Shown piece by piece: positions 17,205 to 26,062 of a DNA stretch of 36,993 bases (within the stretch, counting starts at the first letter, position 1; every line of letters starts with the position of its first letter). The stretch comes from a virus (Duplodnaviria > Caudoviricetes). The stretch spans positions 1 to 36,993 of IMG/VR virus record IMGVR_UViG_3300012348_000031; one strand, given 5' to 3'. The notes beneath the pieces are model-generated. The model did no database searches. It was not told where the DNA came from and saw only the letters and a list, made by a program, of their open reading frames with translations. The position numbers were made by a program, and so were the translations under genes.

Positions 17205-17849
17205 TCAAGTAGGTAGGTTAGACACAAAGCTCATTGTAGCAATTACAGATGCTGTTGATGGGTAATTGCCTGATGCAGCATAAGCTTGGATGCTTACATT
17301 AGTGCTATCAGTTTCCCACCACAATTCAACATAATCGTTTGCATTCAAGCTTAAAAAATAATTCCACCCAATAATGGAGTGACCATGAGTGCCTCCATGA
17401 CTATTTGGTATTGCAATAAATCCTGTTGATCCAGTCACTACAGTACCATTGATCTTCAGCCAAACTCTTGCATCATGGATTTGCGTGTCACTATTCTCAA
17501 ACTGACCAGACCATTGGAGATTCCATATTCCGTCTTCAGCAACTGTAATTCTTGAATTGCTTGCTACACTTACACCATTTGCATAATCTGTAGTGTTTAA
17601 TGTCATAGCATAAGCTGTATTAGCTACTGCCGCAGTCTGATCTACTGTACTTTGAAATGCCCCATAAGGGTTATTTAAATATTTCCCACCTCTTGGCCCA
17701 ATTACAGACTGTATTGCATTGACTAATTTTGTAAAAAACAATCTCAAAATGCCATTATTTTGATTCTGGACACTTTGAGAATAGACAATTCCTGAAGACC
17801 CCAATGGAGGAACTGCAGGAATTTCTAATTGTTGTTTTACATTAGCCAT
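17205..17849 (-). CDS. tail needle/fibre-like protein with C1q-like C-terminus
   Basis: PYGAFQST...GIWNLQWSGQF...LNANDYVELWW. Confidence 0.6.
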   Translation of the reverse strand: MANVKQQLEIPAVPPLGSSGIVYSQSVQNQNNGILRLFFTKLVNAIQSVIGPRGGKYLNNPYGAFQSTVDQTAAVANTAYAMTLNTTDYANGVSVASNSRITVAEDGIWNLQWSGQFENSDTQIHDARVWLKINGTVVTGSTGFIAIPNSHGGTHGHSIIGWNYFLSLNANDYVELWWETDSTNVSIQAYAASGNYPSTASVIATMSFVSNLPT

Positions 17850-18073
17850 TACTTTTTAAGCCAAGTCTGCCAAACAGCACCTGCTGCCACAATCACACCA
17901 CCAATCCATAAAATTGGTTGTGCAATAGAAGCAATCCACCCAAGAACTTTAATAGCTCCTTGGGCAGCATCAATAGCCTCTACAAGACCTTTTGTGTTGT
18001 TGTCAATACGATCAACCTTGCTTTCAACAGCAACAAGTCGATCATATATTTGCTCATGGCTTACATCACTCAT
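17849..18073 (-). CDS. small coiled-coil plus TM protein
   Basis: RLVAVESKVDRID...; hydrophobic C-terminus. Confidence 0.7.
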   Translation of the reverse strand: MSDVSHEQIYDRLVAVESKVDRIDNNTKGLVEAIDAAQGAIKVLGWIASIAQPILWIGGVIVAAGAVWQTWLKK

Positions 18074-18480
18074 GGTGCATCAGGCCATGTAATTGTCCAA
18101 GGAAAACCAGACTGAGCTGTAATGTCACGCAAGGCTTGACGATATGTAGCCCATACAGCTTTATCTACAGGTGCATCTGCTACTTGTGTCCAGTCAGACG
18201 CAGTTAGTTTGTCATTTCGTTCTGCACGAACTTGACCCGCTTTTTCCTCATCAGGAATAGCCTCAACAGTAAACACACGATTGACTTGAGTTCCATCAAA
18301 TACATACTGAGGGCCAGCAATACGTTCACGATCTGTATGGCTTGGCTCGTCACCAACAATAGGATACAGACCAAATGCGTCCAGACCTGTAGCGCCTCTT
18401 GGAATAGATGTGTTGCTTACTGTTGTGGGTAGGTCGATGTTGTAGCGAGTGATCTCGCCCTTTTCAATGAGTGCGTACAT
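18070..18480 (-). CDS. tail fibre assembly chaperone
   Basis: VRAERNDKLTASDWTQ...WATYRQALRDIT...FPWTITWP. Confidence 0.85.
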   Translation of the reverse strand: MYALIEKGEITRYNIDLPTTVSNTSIPRGATGLDAFGLYPIVGDEPSHTDRERIAGPQYVFDGTQVNRVFTVEAIPDEEKAGQVRAERNDKLTASDWTQVADAPVDKAVWATYRQALRDITAQSGFPWTITWPDAP

Positions 18481-20561
18481 TAAAGTTGTCCTCCGTCTGT
18501 GATTGTTCCGCTGACAGTAAAGTCACCGCCTGTGCCTGAGTTTGTGCCAAACGCTGTTGGTGGGAATCGCGCATAAACTATGGGCGTTGGTATTGACTGC
18601 GCTGTAATTTGCGCTGATAAATCAACTGGATTTCCAAAACAGTCTCGGAATTTTAGGCGATTTGCTTCTTGGCTAAAGTCAATGTAGCTGGAAGATAAAT
18701 ATAACTCTGAAATTTGCCCATTCATTGGGTCTGTTCGGCTTGATCCGCTGTTACGAACACCAATGTTTACTGGTGTCTGTGCAAACTGTATAGCTCCACC
18801 GTAATCAAACGAGCTTCCTGAGTTAATTGTGAGGGCAACCCCGTCTAAATACGCTGTTATTGTAGATCCAGTTCTTGAAAATAAAAGAGAGTGCCAAGCA
18901 CTTGAAGTCACATTTTCATTAAATTCAACAGTTCCTGATCCTAGCCACACAAAAACTCTATTAGCACTAATCTGCCATGTACCAGAAGCAGCGCTGTTAA
19001 AGCCAAACAAAGTTCCAGTAGTTGCCGCATTGTTGCAATAGAAGTAACAGCAAAACGTAGCTGTTGTCACACTTCCGGGGTTCCCAACAAGCGCAGTAGA
19101 TCTCGATAAGTAGTTAGATGTTGTGGCTCCAAAGTTTGCCTTATTCCCCCAAAACTCATTAGGCCCACGCGCACCTGTGTACACGCCAGAGTTGACCGTG
19201 AAGTCGCCACCAGTGCCGTAGTTCTTGCCAGCGTTGCCTCCATACATGGGCAGGTAGATTAGCGGTGCTGTGCCCGTTGGCAGTTCACCAGTAGCGCCTA
19301 AGTCAACAGGCTTGGCGTCAATCCCTGTGCCTGAAACAAACTTGGCGAGGTTGGAAGCTACTGACAGGTCAATGTAGCTGGTGTTAAACCAAATGGCGCC
19401 AAGTCTCCCGTTCAAGTACTGGTTTGTTGAGTATCGACCAACTTGGTAGGTCGTGTGAGTGAAGTCGATGTTGTCGTCGGTGTATGTTGACCAAGTTGCA
19501 GCAACCGCTTGACCATTAACAATCATGTGTCGCTTGCTTGTGTCTGACAGATCGCATGAAATTTGGATGCTGTAGTTTCTGTTTACCGCTGATCCAATGG
19601 AATACGACGCAGATAAGATAGTGGAACCTGCCGCATTCAACGCAGTTATGTTGATTGCATTGGAACCAAAGTAAACGCGGAAGTAACTTGTGGTTGAAAA
19701 CGCTAAAACGTTTCCAGTTGTGAAAGTATTGATGTTTGCGCAAAAGCTGACCGTCAATTGCTTGCCGTCTGCGATTCCAGTGATACTGGTCTTGGATAAA
19801 TACTGCAAACTTCCATCCAAAGCACTGTACGGCGCGTTGTACTGATTTGGCCCACGACCAGAGCGTGCAACAGTGCCGGTCAGCGTAAAGTTGCCGCCAG
19901 TGCCAGAGTTAGTCGCAACCGTTGTTGGATCATTCATTTTGAAATAAATAATTGGATTGAGTGCGGCTTGCCCAGCGGCTGGCTTGAGGTCTGCGGTAAC
20001 GAACAAACGACGATTGGCTGTAATGCTTAGGTCGCGGTAGGTGTAGTCCAAATAAATGTGGGACATTCGGCTCTTTGAATAAAGGCCTGATGATGGGTTG
20101 TAGCCGATTTTGTATGTGGTGAACTGTCTGTTTAAATCTACGTTTTGAAAGTCAATCCATGTTGGACTCATCTGCACGTCATTGACGTAAACAAACCGAC
20201 GCGCTGTGTTTGTCAGATCAATCGACATGGTGATGTTTGTCCATGTAAATGATGGAACCAAACCAGTAGCGATCTGTACGTTCAGAACAGAATTACCAAG
20301 ATTGTCTACGCCCAAAACTCTAAAGCGCATAAAGCCAGAGCTGTTGTCACACAAGATGATGAACTCTGAGCCGGGGCCAGCACAATAAAAGGTGTTGCTT
20401 GTGCTGTATCCACAAACCCAACCGCTGAATGTGAACGTCTTTCCGCTTGTGTTTCCAGTTAGGTCTGACGAACGCGACAGATAGTCATTCGTGCCATCAA
20501 AGTCGACGGCTTCTGCTGCGGTGGCGGTCGCTACAACCTGTGAAGTGTTTGAGCTAAACAT
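18480..20561 (-). CDS. LamG/ConA-like repeat receptor-binding protein
   Basis: Three repeated beta domains, each ending N[SY]GTGG[ND]FT; FDGTNDYLSR start. Confidence 0.75.
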   Translation of the reverse strand: MFSSNTSQVVATATAAEAVDFDGTNDYLSRSSDLTGNTSGKTFTFSGWVCGYSTSNTFYCAGPGSEFIILCDNSSGFMRFRVLGVDNLGNSVLNVQIATGLVPSFTWTNITMSIDLTNTARRFVYVNDVQMSPTWIDFQNVDLNRQFTTYKIGYNPSSGLYSKSRMSHIYLDYTYRDLSITANRRLFVTADLKPAAGQAALNPIIYFKMNDPTTVATNSGTGGNFTLTGTVARSGRGPNQYNAPYSALDGSLQYLSKTSITGIADGKQLTVSFCANINTFTTGNVLAFSTTSYFRVYFGSNAINITALNAAGSTILSASYSIGSAVNRNYSIQISCDLSDTSKRHMIVNGQAVAATWSTYTDDNIDFTHTTYQVGRYSTNQYLNGRLGAIWFNTSYIDLSVASNLAKFVSGTGIDAKPVDLGATGELPTGTAPLIYLPMYGGNAGKNYGTGGDFTVNSGVYTGARGPNEFWGNKANFGATTSNYLSRSTALVGNPGSVTTATFCCYFYCNNAATTGTLFGFNSAASGTWQISANRVFVWLGSGTVEFNENVTSSAWHSLLFSRTGSTITAYLDGVALTINSGSSFDYGGAIQFAQTPVNIGVRNSGSSRTDPMNGQISELYLSSSYIDFSQEANRLKFRDCFGNPVDLSAQITAQSIPTPIVYARFPPTAFGTNSGTGGDFTVSGTITDGGQL

Positions 20562-20569
20562 TAGTCACC

Positions 20570-21298
20570 TTAAACTGTGTAATTCTGACCAGCATTAGAA
20601 CCATACCAGTTTGTGCCGTCAGCCGTAAAGATGTACTTATCTAGCTTAGAGGCAGTACTTGTAATGGTAGGTGCAGTTCCACTAGGCCACTTTACAGCAC
20701 TAGGCCATGTAACAGTACGAGAGCCTGTACCATCTTGTTTAAGCAACATGATGAAAGACTTACCTGCTGTAGCTGTAGGGAATGTAAAAGTACAGTTACC
20801 TGTCAATGTCAAGATTTGTACTGAACCATTAGCTAAGTCAATTGTGTAAGCTGTAGAGGTGTTGGCTGTAGCAACTTCCTCTGTGTAACCATTGGTAAAT
20901 GTGCCAGCTTCAATGGTTTTGTTTGTCAGAGTCTGACTGCCAGTCAGGGTTACATCGCCAGTAGCTGCAGCAGCAAAACCTAAAGTGCCAGCGCCATCAG
21001 TCTTCAGTACATAGTTTGCAGTACTGTCGCTTGTTGGCAATGTGAATGCGCTTACAAAGCTCTGCAAATTGGAATCATAGGCCAATACGTTTGTACCAAT
21101 CGCCAAACCTAGAGCAGTACGAGCATCACCTGCTGTGGCAGCACCAGTACCACCTTTTGTAATTTTCAATACTGGACCAGTATCAAACAAAGCATCAATG
21201 GTGTCCAAGTCAGTATTGAGCTTAGTACCCCACGAATCCGTAGAAGCACCTACTTCTGGTTTAGTTAAACCTAGATTTGTGGTAGTTGTATCAGCCAT
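20570..21298 (-). CDS. proximal tail fibre protein
   Basis: [28 protein letters not shown]; GGTGA; QTLTNKT; [12 protein letters not shown]. Confidence 0.8.
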   Translation of the reverse strand: MADTTTTNLGLTKPEVGASTDSWGTKLNTDLDTIDALFDTGPVLKITKGGTGAATAGDARTALGLAIGTNVLAYDSNLQSFVSAFTLPTSDSTANYVLKTDGAGTLGFAAAATGDVTLTGSQTLTNKTIEAGTFTNGYTEEVATANTSTAYTIDLANGSVQILTLTGNCTFTFPTATAGKSFIMLLKQDGTGSRTVTWPSAVKWPSGTAPTITSTASKLDKYIFTADGTNWYGSNAGQNYTV

Positions 21299-21320
21299 TA
21301 TTTACCCCTAAAAGACTTAT

Positions 21321-21755
21321 TTAAACTGAAACTGTTGTCCAAGACTCTGAAACATCCTCAATTGGAGTCCAAGTCTCAGATGTATCTGCTTCTGTTTCCC
21401 ATTTTTTCCTAGCATTTATTGAAACACTAGAAACATCAATAATTATTACTTCACCAGGACGCTTTCGGTTGTATTGAATTGTCAACTCACTTGTGGCAAC
21501 AATATTTACATTACCGACTGCATCAATACCACCTGCGACTGTTAATACAGATTCTCCTGCAATACTAGCCGCACCATTTGCTATCCTTACTGCGTCTACA
21601 GATACAGAGCTAGTAGAGAAAATCTCAAACTGAGCATCTTTTATCTTGTCGCCAGCAACAACTACAGTAGAAGTAGACTCAATTGCAAGCGCACCTAAGT
21701 ACGCTCCATAGGAGTATCTGCCTCCGCTGTAATCGCCACGCCCGTAAGCAGCCAT
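21321..21755 (-). CDS. virion structural protein
   Basis: YGRGDYSGGRYS start; S/V/I-rich repeats. Confidence 0.65.
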   Translation of the reverse strand: MAAYGRGDYSGGRYSYGAYLGALAIESTSTVVVAGDKIKDAQFEIFSTSSVSVDAVRIANGAASIAGESVLTVAGGIDAVGNVNIVATSELTIQYNRKRPGEVIIIDVSSVSINARKKWETEADTSETWTPIEDVSESWTTVSV

Positions 21756-21756
21756 A

Positions 21757-22152
21757 TCAACTCAATGTGATAGACAAACTTGTAGCAGGAATACGGAAAA
21801 TATCCCCGTCGTTAATATCTTTTGAGGTGGTCAATGGAGCCCAAGCAATCATATTGCCACTAGTTGAAGCATCAAAAATTGCTGCCCAACCAATTGTTCC
21901 CCAATTACCACCAGAAGCCGCTGCAAACTCAATAGCAGCCGCATTTGTAAAAGTTGTTGCTGTGCCACTACCAGAGATAGTTCCTGTAGCTACACGGGCA
22001 TAACCATTACCAGTCACCTCTGTGCCACCACCAGAATCACTAGGTGCGGCAGTAAACAAACCAACATACCAAGCTGTTGGACGGGTAGCAGAACTACCTG
22101 TAAACAACCATGTCAGAACGAGGTTTTCTGTGTAGTTACTAAAAGAAGACAT
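21757..22152 (-). CDS. virion structural (fibre/decoration) protein
   Basis: YVGLFTAAPSDSGGGTEV.GNGYARV...IFDASTSGN. Confidence 0.75.
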   Translation of the reverse strand: MSSFSNYTENLVLTWLFTGSSATRPTAWYVGLFTAAPSDSGGGTEVTGNGYARVATGTISGSGTATTFTNAAAIEFAAASGGNWGTIGWAAIFDASTSGNMIAWAPLTTSKDINDGDIFRIPATSLSITLS

Positions 22153-22155
22153 ATA

Positions 22156-22776
22156 TCACCCCAAAGAACGGGCTCGAACAATAGGAGTAGAAGAAACAGA
22201 TGCCCTTTGATCTGCAACCTCTATGTCGCCCAAGGAGTTGGTATACAACTGACCCCATGTGGCAAGACGTTCATCGTCTTTCAAGTACGGACTTGCTTCT
22301 AACAAAGCTCCGTACAAGTACAAGTCTGGGGCATAAGCCAGAAGCCAGTTGCTTGTGTTTGAATCACTCAGCGCAGGAATCTTAGCATAATATGTAAGTT
22401 CTGCGGAATAAGTTTGATCTGGTGCAGGGATGAATTCCAACTGCGTGCCAGTAATTGTGTAATATGCTGGCTTACCAGTAGAAATGTACCTACTTGCCTT
22501 CAAACTATCACCATAAGCCTCAGTTACAAACTCAAGCCTGACAATAGGACTTGTGTTTAACTGAAACTCTTTTGCCTGTAACCAGTCTGATGGGTATGCA
22601 AAGAATGCTGTTTCAATCTGTCCATTCGCACGTTTAATCATTTGGCGAACACGCAACTTACGATTGAACTTTGCTTCTGCAAGAGCAATAAAACTAGGAA
22701 TAATGCTAGTCAGATCATCCCGATTGAGATAATCCGCTATCGTAGTTTTAAGTCCTGCAAAAGTATCAAGTGCCAT
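22156..22776 (-). CDS. head-tail adaptor / tail tubular protein A-like
   Basis: LKTTIADYLNRDDL...NWLLAYAPDLYLYGAL. Confidence 0.75.
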   Translation of the reverse strand: MALDTFAGLKTTIADYLNRDDLTSIIPSFIALAEAKFNRKLRVRQMIKRANGQIETAFFAYPSDWLQAKEFQLNTSPIVRLEFVTEAYGDSLKASRYISTGKPAYYTITGTQLEFIPAPDQTYSAELTYYAKIPALSDSNTSNWLLAYAPDLYLYGALLEASPYLKDDERLATWGQLYTNSLGDIEVADQRASVSSTPIVRARSLG

Positions 22777-23431
22777 TTTCTACATCCCTGCACATCAATG
22801 TATGCTCATGTTTGAATTCAAATGAACCAATATGATGAACCTCTTTTGAAAGGTCTTGGTCAATATAGGTTTTAGTGCCGTTCTCGGCAGCTCTGCGACA
22901 AAACCAGACATCTTCGCCCATGTAGTCTTGTGCATTTGGAACCCAAGGGATAGCAAACCAAGGATATTCCATTGTCTTGTAGACCTCGGCTTTTACGAGC
23001 ATTACACCCATGCCGCAGTAATCTACATCAACTAATCCAGTTGAATGGTCTTCAGTATATACCCTCTGAATAGTTTTTGCATCCTCATCGGTGGTATTTT
23101 TTCGCACCGCAATAGGCTCAGTAGGGAATCTACGTTTAGCATAATTGGCACAAACGATACCAGTATCATGCTGTAATAGTCGGACTATGGTGTCCTTTGG
23201 AAAGCGCATATCGCTATCCAACCATAATGTGTGTGTGCAACCTGCCTCAATAGCAGATTTAGCCAAATCCTGACGCTGAGCTGACAACAATGTGCCAGAG
23301 CTAGTGTACAAAACTACTTTGTGGTTAGTGTTGCCTACTGTAAACCCAACCAATCTGGCTAGGTCATAAGAAAATCCAGAATTAACAAAGTCCCGTGTTG
23401 GAATCAAAACTCCAATGGTCTTACTATCCAT
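22766..23431 (-). CDS. GT-A fold (GT2-like) glycosyltransferase
   Basis: LIPT, LWLDSDM (DxD), GMGVML and GEDVWFC motifs. Confidence 0.8.
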   Translation of the reverse strand: MDSKTIGVLIPTRDFVNSGFSYDLARLVGFTVGNTNHKVVLYTSSGTLLSAQRQDLAKSAIEAGCTHTLWLDSDMRFPKDTIVRLLQHDTGIVCANYAKRRFPTEPIAVRKNTTDEDAKTIQRVYTEDHSTGLVDVDYCGMGVMLVKAEVYKTMEYPWFAIPWVPNAQDYMGEDVWFCRRAAENGTKTYIDQDLSKEVHHIGSFEFKHEHTLMCRDVENGT

Positions 23432-23745
23432 TAAACTTCTCCAGGTCTTGTGCGGAATGCACGATTGTCAGGCGAATTGAGCCAACGCTTCATAAAAGCT
23501 TGGTCATCAAGTTTTCCTTCAGCTTTCATTTGATAGTACAAAGCCATTGGGATAGATGCCACATGATGCATATCTCCATTCCAATTTGCTCGTTCATCAA
23601 AAGATTTAAATCTCTCTTTGTTCTCCTCAACTATTTGAGTAGCATCAATAACTGTCTCAATAGTAGCTTGGTCAGTTTGAGCATCGTAATGCCAAAGCTT
23701 CTTGGTTCCCATGATGGGATCAAAGTCAAAGATTTTTGTTGTCAT
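23431..23745 (-). CDS. conserved phage head-module protein
   Basis: HVASIP...WLNSPDNRAFRT. Confidence 0.75.
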   Translation of the reverse strand: MTTKIFDFDPIMGTKKLWHYDAQTDQATIETVIDATQIVEENKERFKSFDERANWNGDMHHVASIPMALYYQMKAEGKLDDQAFMKRWLNSPDNRAFRTRPGEV

Positions 23746-23750
23746 AAGTT

Positions 23751-23777
23751 AAAAAGGGTGGGTAATTAGCCCACCCC
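23751..23777 (-). terminator. rho-independent terminator after the capsid gene
   Basis: GGGTGGG-CTAATTA-CCCACCC followed by TTTTT on the minus strand. Confidence 0.85.
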
Positions 23778-23787
23778 TTAGTTCAGA

Positions 23788-24768
23788 TTAAGACTGAATT
23801 GTGCTGTTCAAGTCGTAAACAGCGCCATGAGCTTTTTCGTTCTTCACTTTCAAGCCCCACTCAACCAACAGCATACGCTTCTCGGCATCGCCTGTCTTAG
23901 CCAGTTCAACTGTCTGGAAGGGACGCAGATAAGCAATGCTTGCGTACTCGGGATCAAGCACGAAAACATCACGCTCACGTTGGAAGCGGTTAGGAACAAT
24001 GCTCACATTACCAAAGTCTGAGACATAGATGTCTGCAGCGGCAATGATAGTGGAAGGACGTGGGCCATTGACGTTGAAACGCTGACCAGCAATACCAGTC
24101 ATCTTAGACAAGTTCTGCTTGTTAACAGGACCAGCCATGACCATAGATGGGTTGCCACCTTGTGTCCAGACCTTCTGGATAACGTCCTTCAACAATGCTT
24201 CGCTGAAAGAACGCAAGTCGCCAGCAGTAGCGTCTGTGCGGTCATCAGTTGGGATTGTTGTGTATGAAGGATCGCCACCGCCTGTACCTTCGTTTGTATT
24301 GGTCTTCAAGAAGGCCAACAAAGCGCCAGTCTTACGAGCTGTAGATGTGTCACCAGCGGCAGCACCTTGGTTTGCCAAGGCAGTTGTCTCCATGTCACGC
24401 TTTAGCTCAGCAGATTTTTTAGCCATTTGGTAGCTCAACTCAGAGCGACGTCCTGCTTTGTCAACAGCCTCCAAAGTGCCAGCGATGATTACGTCTTTAC
24501 GGCTGATCTGGGTGTAGTTGCCCAAACGAACTGTAGGAGTAACAGCGGTGAAAGAAGTGATGTCATCGCCCTCGATCTGCGCATTAGTTGTAACAGCAGA
24601 GGCCAAATCATCTGTTTGCCACTCAAAGAATGTGTTGGAGACGTTCTCACGACCAACATTAGACATGAATGGAGTCTCTTCTGGAGAGATCTGATAGATG
24701 ACGTTGGAAAGGTCCTCACGAATGCCTTTAGCATCGTATCGTGTGTATGTATTCGTTACTGCAGCCAT
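23788..24768 (-). CDS. major capsid protein (DUF5309/SU10-like)
   Basis: GIREDLSNVIYQISPEETPF, EWQTD, GNYTQI, YVSDFG and LAKTGD motifs; follows the scaffold. Confidence 0.9.
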   Translation of the reverse strand: MAAVTNTYTRYDAKGIREDLSNVIYQISPEETPFMSNVGRENVSNTFFEWQTDDLASAVTTNAQIEGDDITSFTAVTPTVRLGNYTQISRKDVIIAGTLEAVDKAGRRSELSYQMAKKSAELKRDMETTALANQGAAAGDTSTARKTGALLAFLKTNTNEGTGGGDPSYTTIPTDDRTDATAGDLRSFSEALLKDVIQKVWTQGGNPSMVMAGPVNKQNLSKMTGIAGQRFNVNGPRPSTIIAAADIYVSDFGNVSIVPNRFQRERDVFVLDPEYASIAYLRPFQTVELAKTGDAEKRMLLVEWGLKVKNEKAHGAVYDLNSTIQS

Positions 24769-24777
24769 GATAATTCC

Positions 24778-25764
24778 TTAAATAAATTTCTCGAAAAGGG
24801 ATGCGGCATCTCTGACGCTTCCAGATTGTGCAAGACGCTTTTTTGCGTTATTTAATTCACCAGACTTAGAACCTACGCTACCCGCTGAACCTGGACTTGC
24901 CATTTTCGGAGCTTTTTTAATCTTCGCTTGGAATTCTGGACGTTTACTCATCATCTGGTCATACTTCCACGCCTTGTGAAGCGCAAGTAATGCCCGTGAA
25001 TCAGTAATGCCGTTCAGTTCCTGCTCGGAAAAGCCCAAAGCCTGACCATACTCCAATAAAGCCTTACCTTCTGATTTAGCTTTCTCTGGAGAACTCCACT
25101 CGGGAATTTTCTCTTTCAAACGTGCAGTTTCCTGCGCTAAAACAGCTTGTATCTGCTTTTGTGTCTCAGCTTGATACAGTTGTTGAAGTCTCGCTTGCTC
25201 TGCTTGTACTGCCATTTTCTGTTGTTGTCTACGCTGATGTGATGTCCATTGACGGGCATACTCAGTTGGATCTTCAACTTCTAAACGATTCCAATCAGGC
25301 TCTTGAGGCTCAAACTCCTGCAATTTCTGCTGTAATTGCCCTAATATCTGAGCGTATTGTTCACGCTCACCACGTACTTGCTGAAACTCAGACTCGACTA
25401 ATTTGCGCTCTTCTGCCAGTTTCTGCGTTTTCCGTGTGTAGTCAGCTTCACGTTGGTAGCCTCGGATAAGTTCATCCTTTGGGACTTCGATTTCTTTGCC
25501 ATCAACTTTGACAACAAACTTCTCATCCCTCGGAGCTTCTTCTTCAGCTTCCTCTTGTTCGCCTTCTACTTCCTCAGAAGTTTCCTCTGCTTCATCTTGC
25601 GGCTCCGCAGATTCCATTTCCTCAGACTCAGATTCGGATTGCTCCTCCTCTGGTTGCGCCTCTGCACCAGTGTCAACACCCTCTTGGCTGTCTAGCATAG
25701 TAGCAAAGCTTTGCGCTGCTTGGTTTACTGTAATCGAACCGACTGCTTGTGCGTTATCGGACAT
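24778..25764 (-). CDS. capsid scaffolding protein
   Basis: Acidic N-terminus; VKVDGKEIEV...GYQREADYTRKTQ. Confidence 0.85.
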   Translation of the reverse strand: MSDNAQAVGSITVNQAAQSFATMLDSQEGVDTGAEAQPEEEQSESESEEMESAEPQDEAEETSEEVEGEQEEAEEEAPRDEKFVVKVDGKEIEVPKDELIRGYQREADYTRKTQKLAEERKLVESEFQQVRGEREQYAQILGQLQQKLQEFEPQEPDWNRLEVEDPTEYARQWTSHQRRQQQKMAVQAEQARLQQLYQAETQKQIQAVLAQETARLKEKIPEWSSPEKAKSEGKALLEYGQALGFSEQELNGITDSRALLALHKAWKYDQMMSKRPEFQAKIKKAPKMASPGSAGSVGSKSGELNNAKKRLAQSGSVRDAASLFEKFI

Positions 25765-25785
25765 ATTTACCTCTTAGTTGAACAA

Positions 25786-26061
25786 TCATTTTGCCTTTGG
25801 TGGGCGACCACGCTGGCGGGTAAGTACGACTTCTGCCATCTTACCTGTGTCCATAACAGAGCGTAGTTTCGTTCTAAATATATCTACTGTCTTCAAGAGC
25901 ATATACGCTTGTTCTCGTACTGGACCTTCCATCATTGTGGAATTCCGAATCTCTTTGTAACAGTCATCTTCTATCTTTTTGATTAACTCATTTAAGAGTT
26001 CATCTTCTAGAAGTAACTTCGCTCTGTCACCTCTTGCGAGGTTAATTTCTAATTCATCCAT
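25786..26061 (-). CDS. hypothetical protein between portal and scaffold
   Basis: 91-aa ORF in the typical position. Confidence 0.75.
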   Translation of the reverse strand: MDELEINLARGDRAKLLLEDELLNELIKKIEDDCYKEIRNSTMMEGPVREQAYMLLKTVDIFRTKLRSVMDTGKMAEVVLTRQRGRPPKAK

Positions 26062-26062
26062 A

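Noticed and set aside
18480-20561. Diversity-generating retroelement target
   Set aside because: No reverse transcriptase and no adenine-specific template/variable repeat pair seen.
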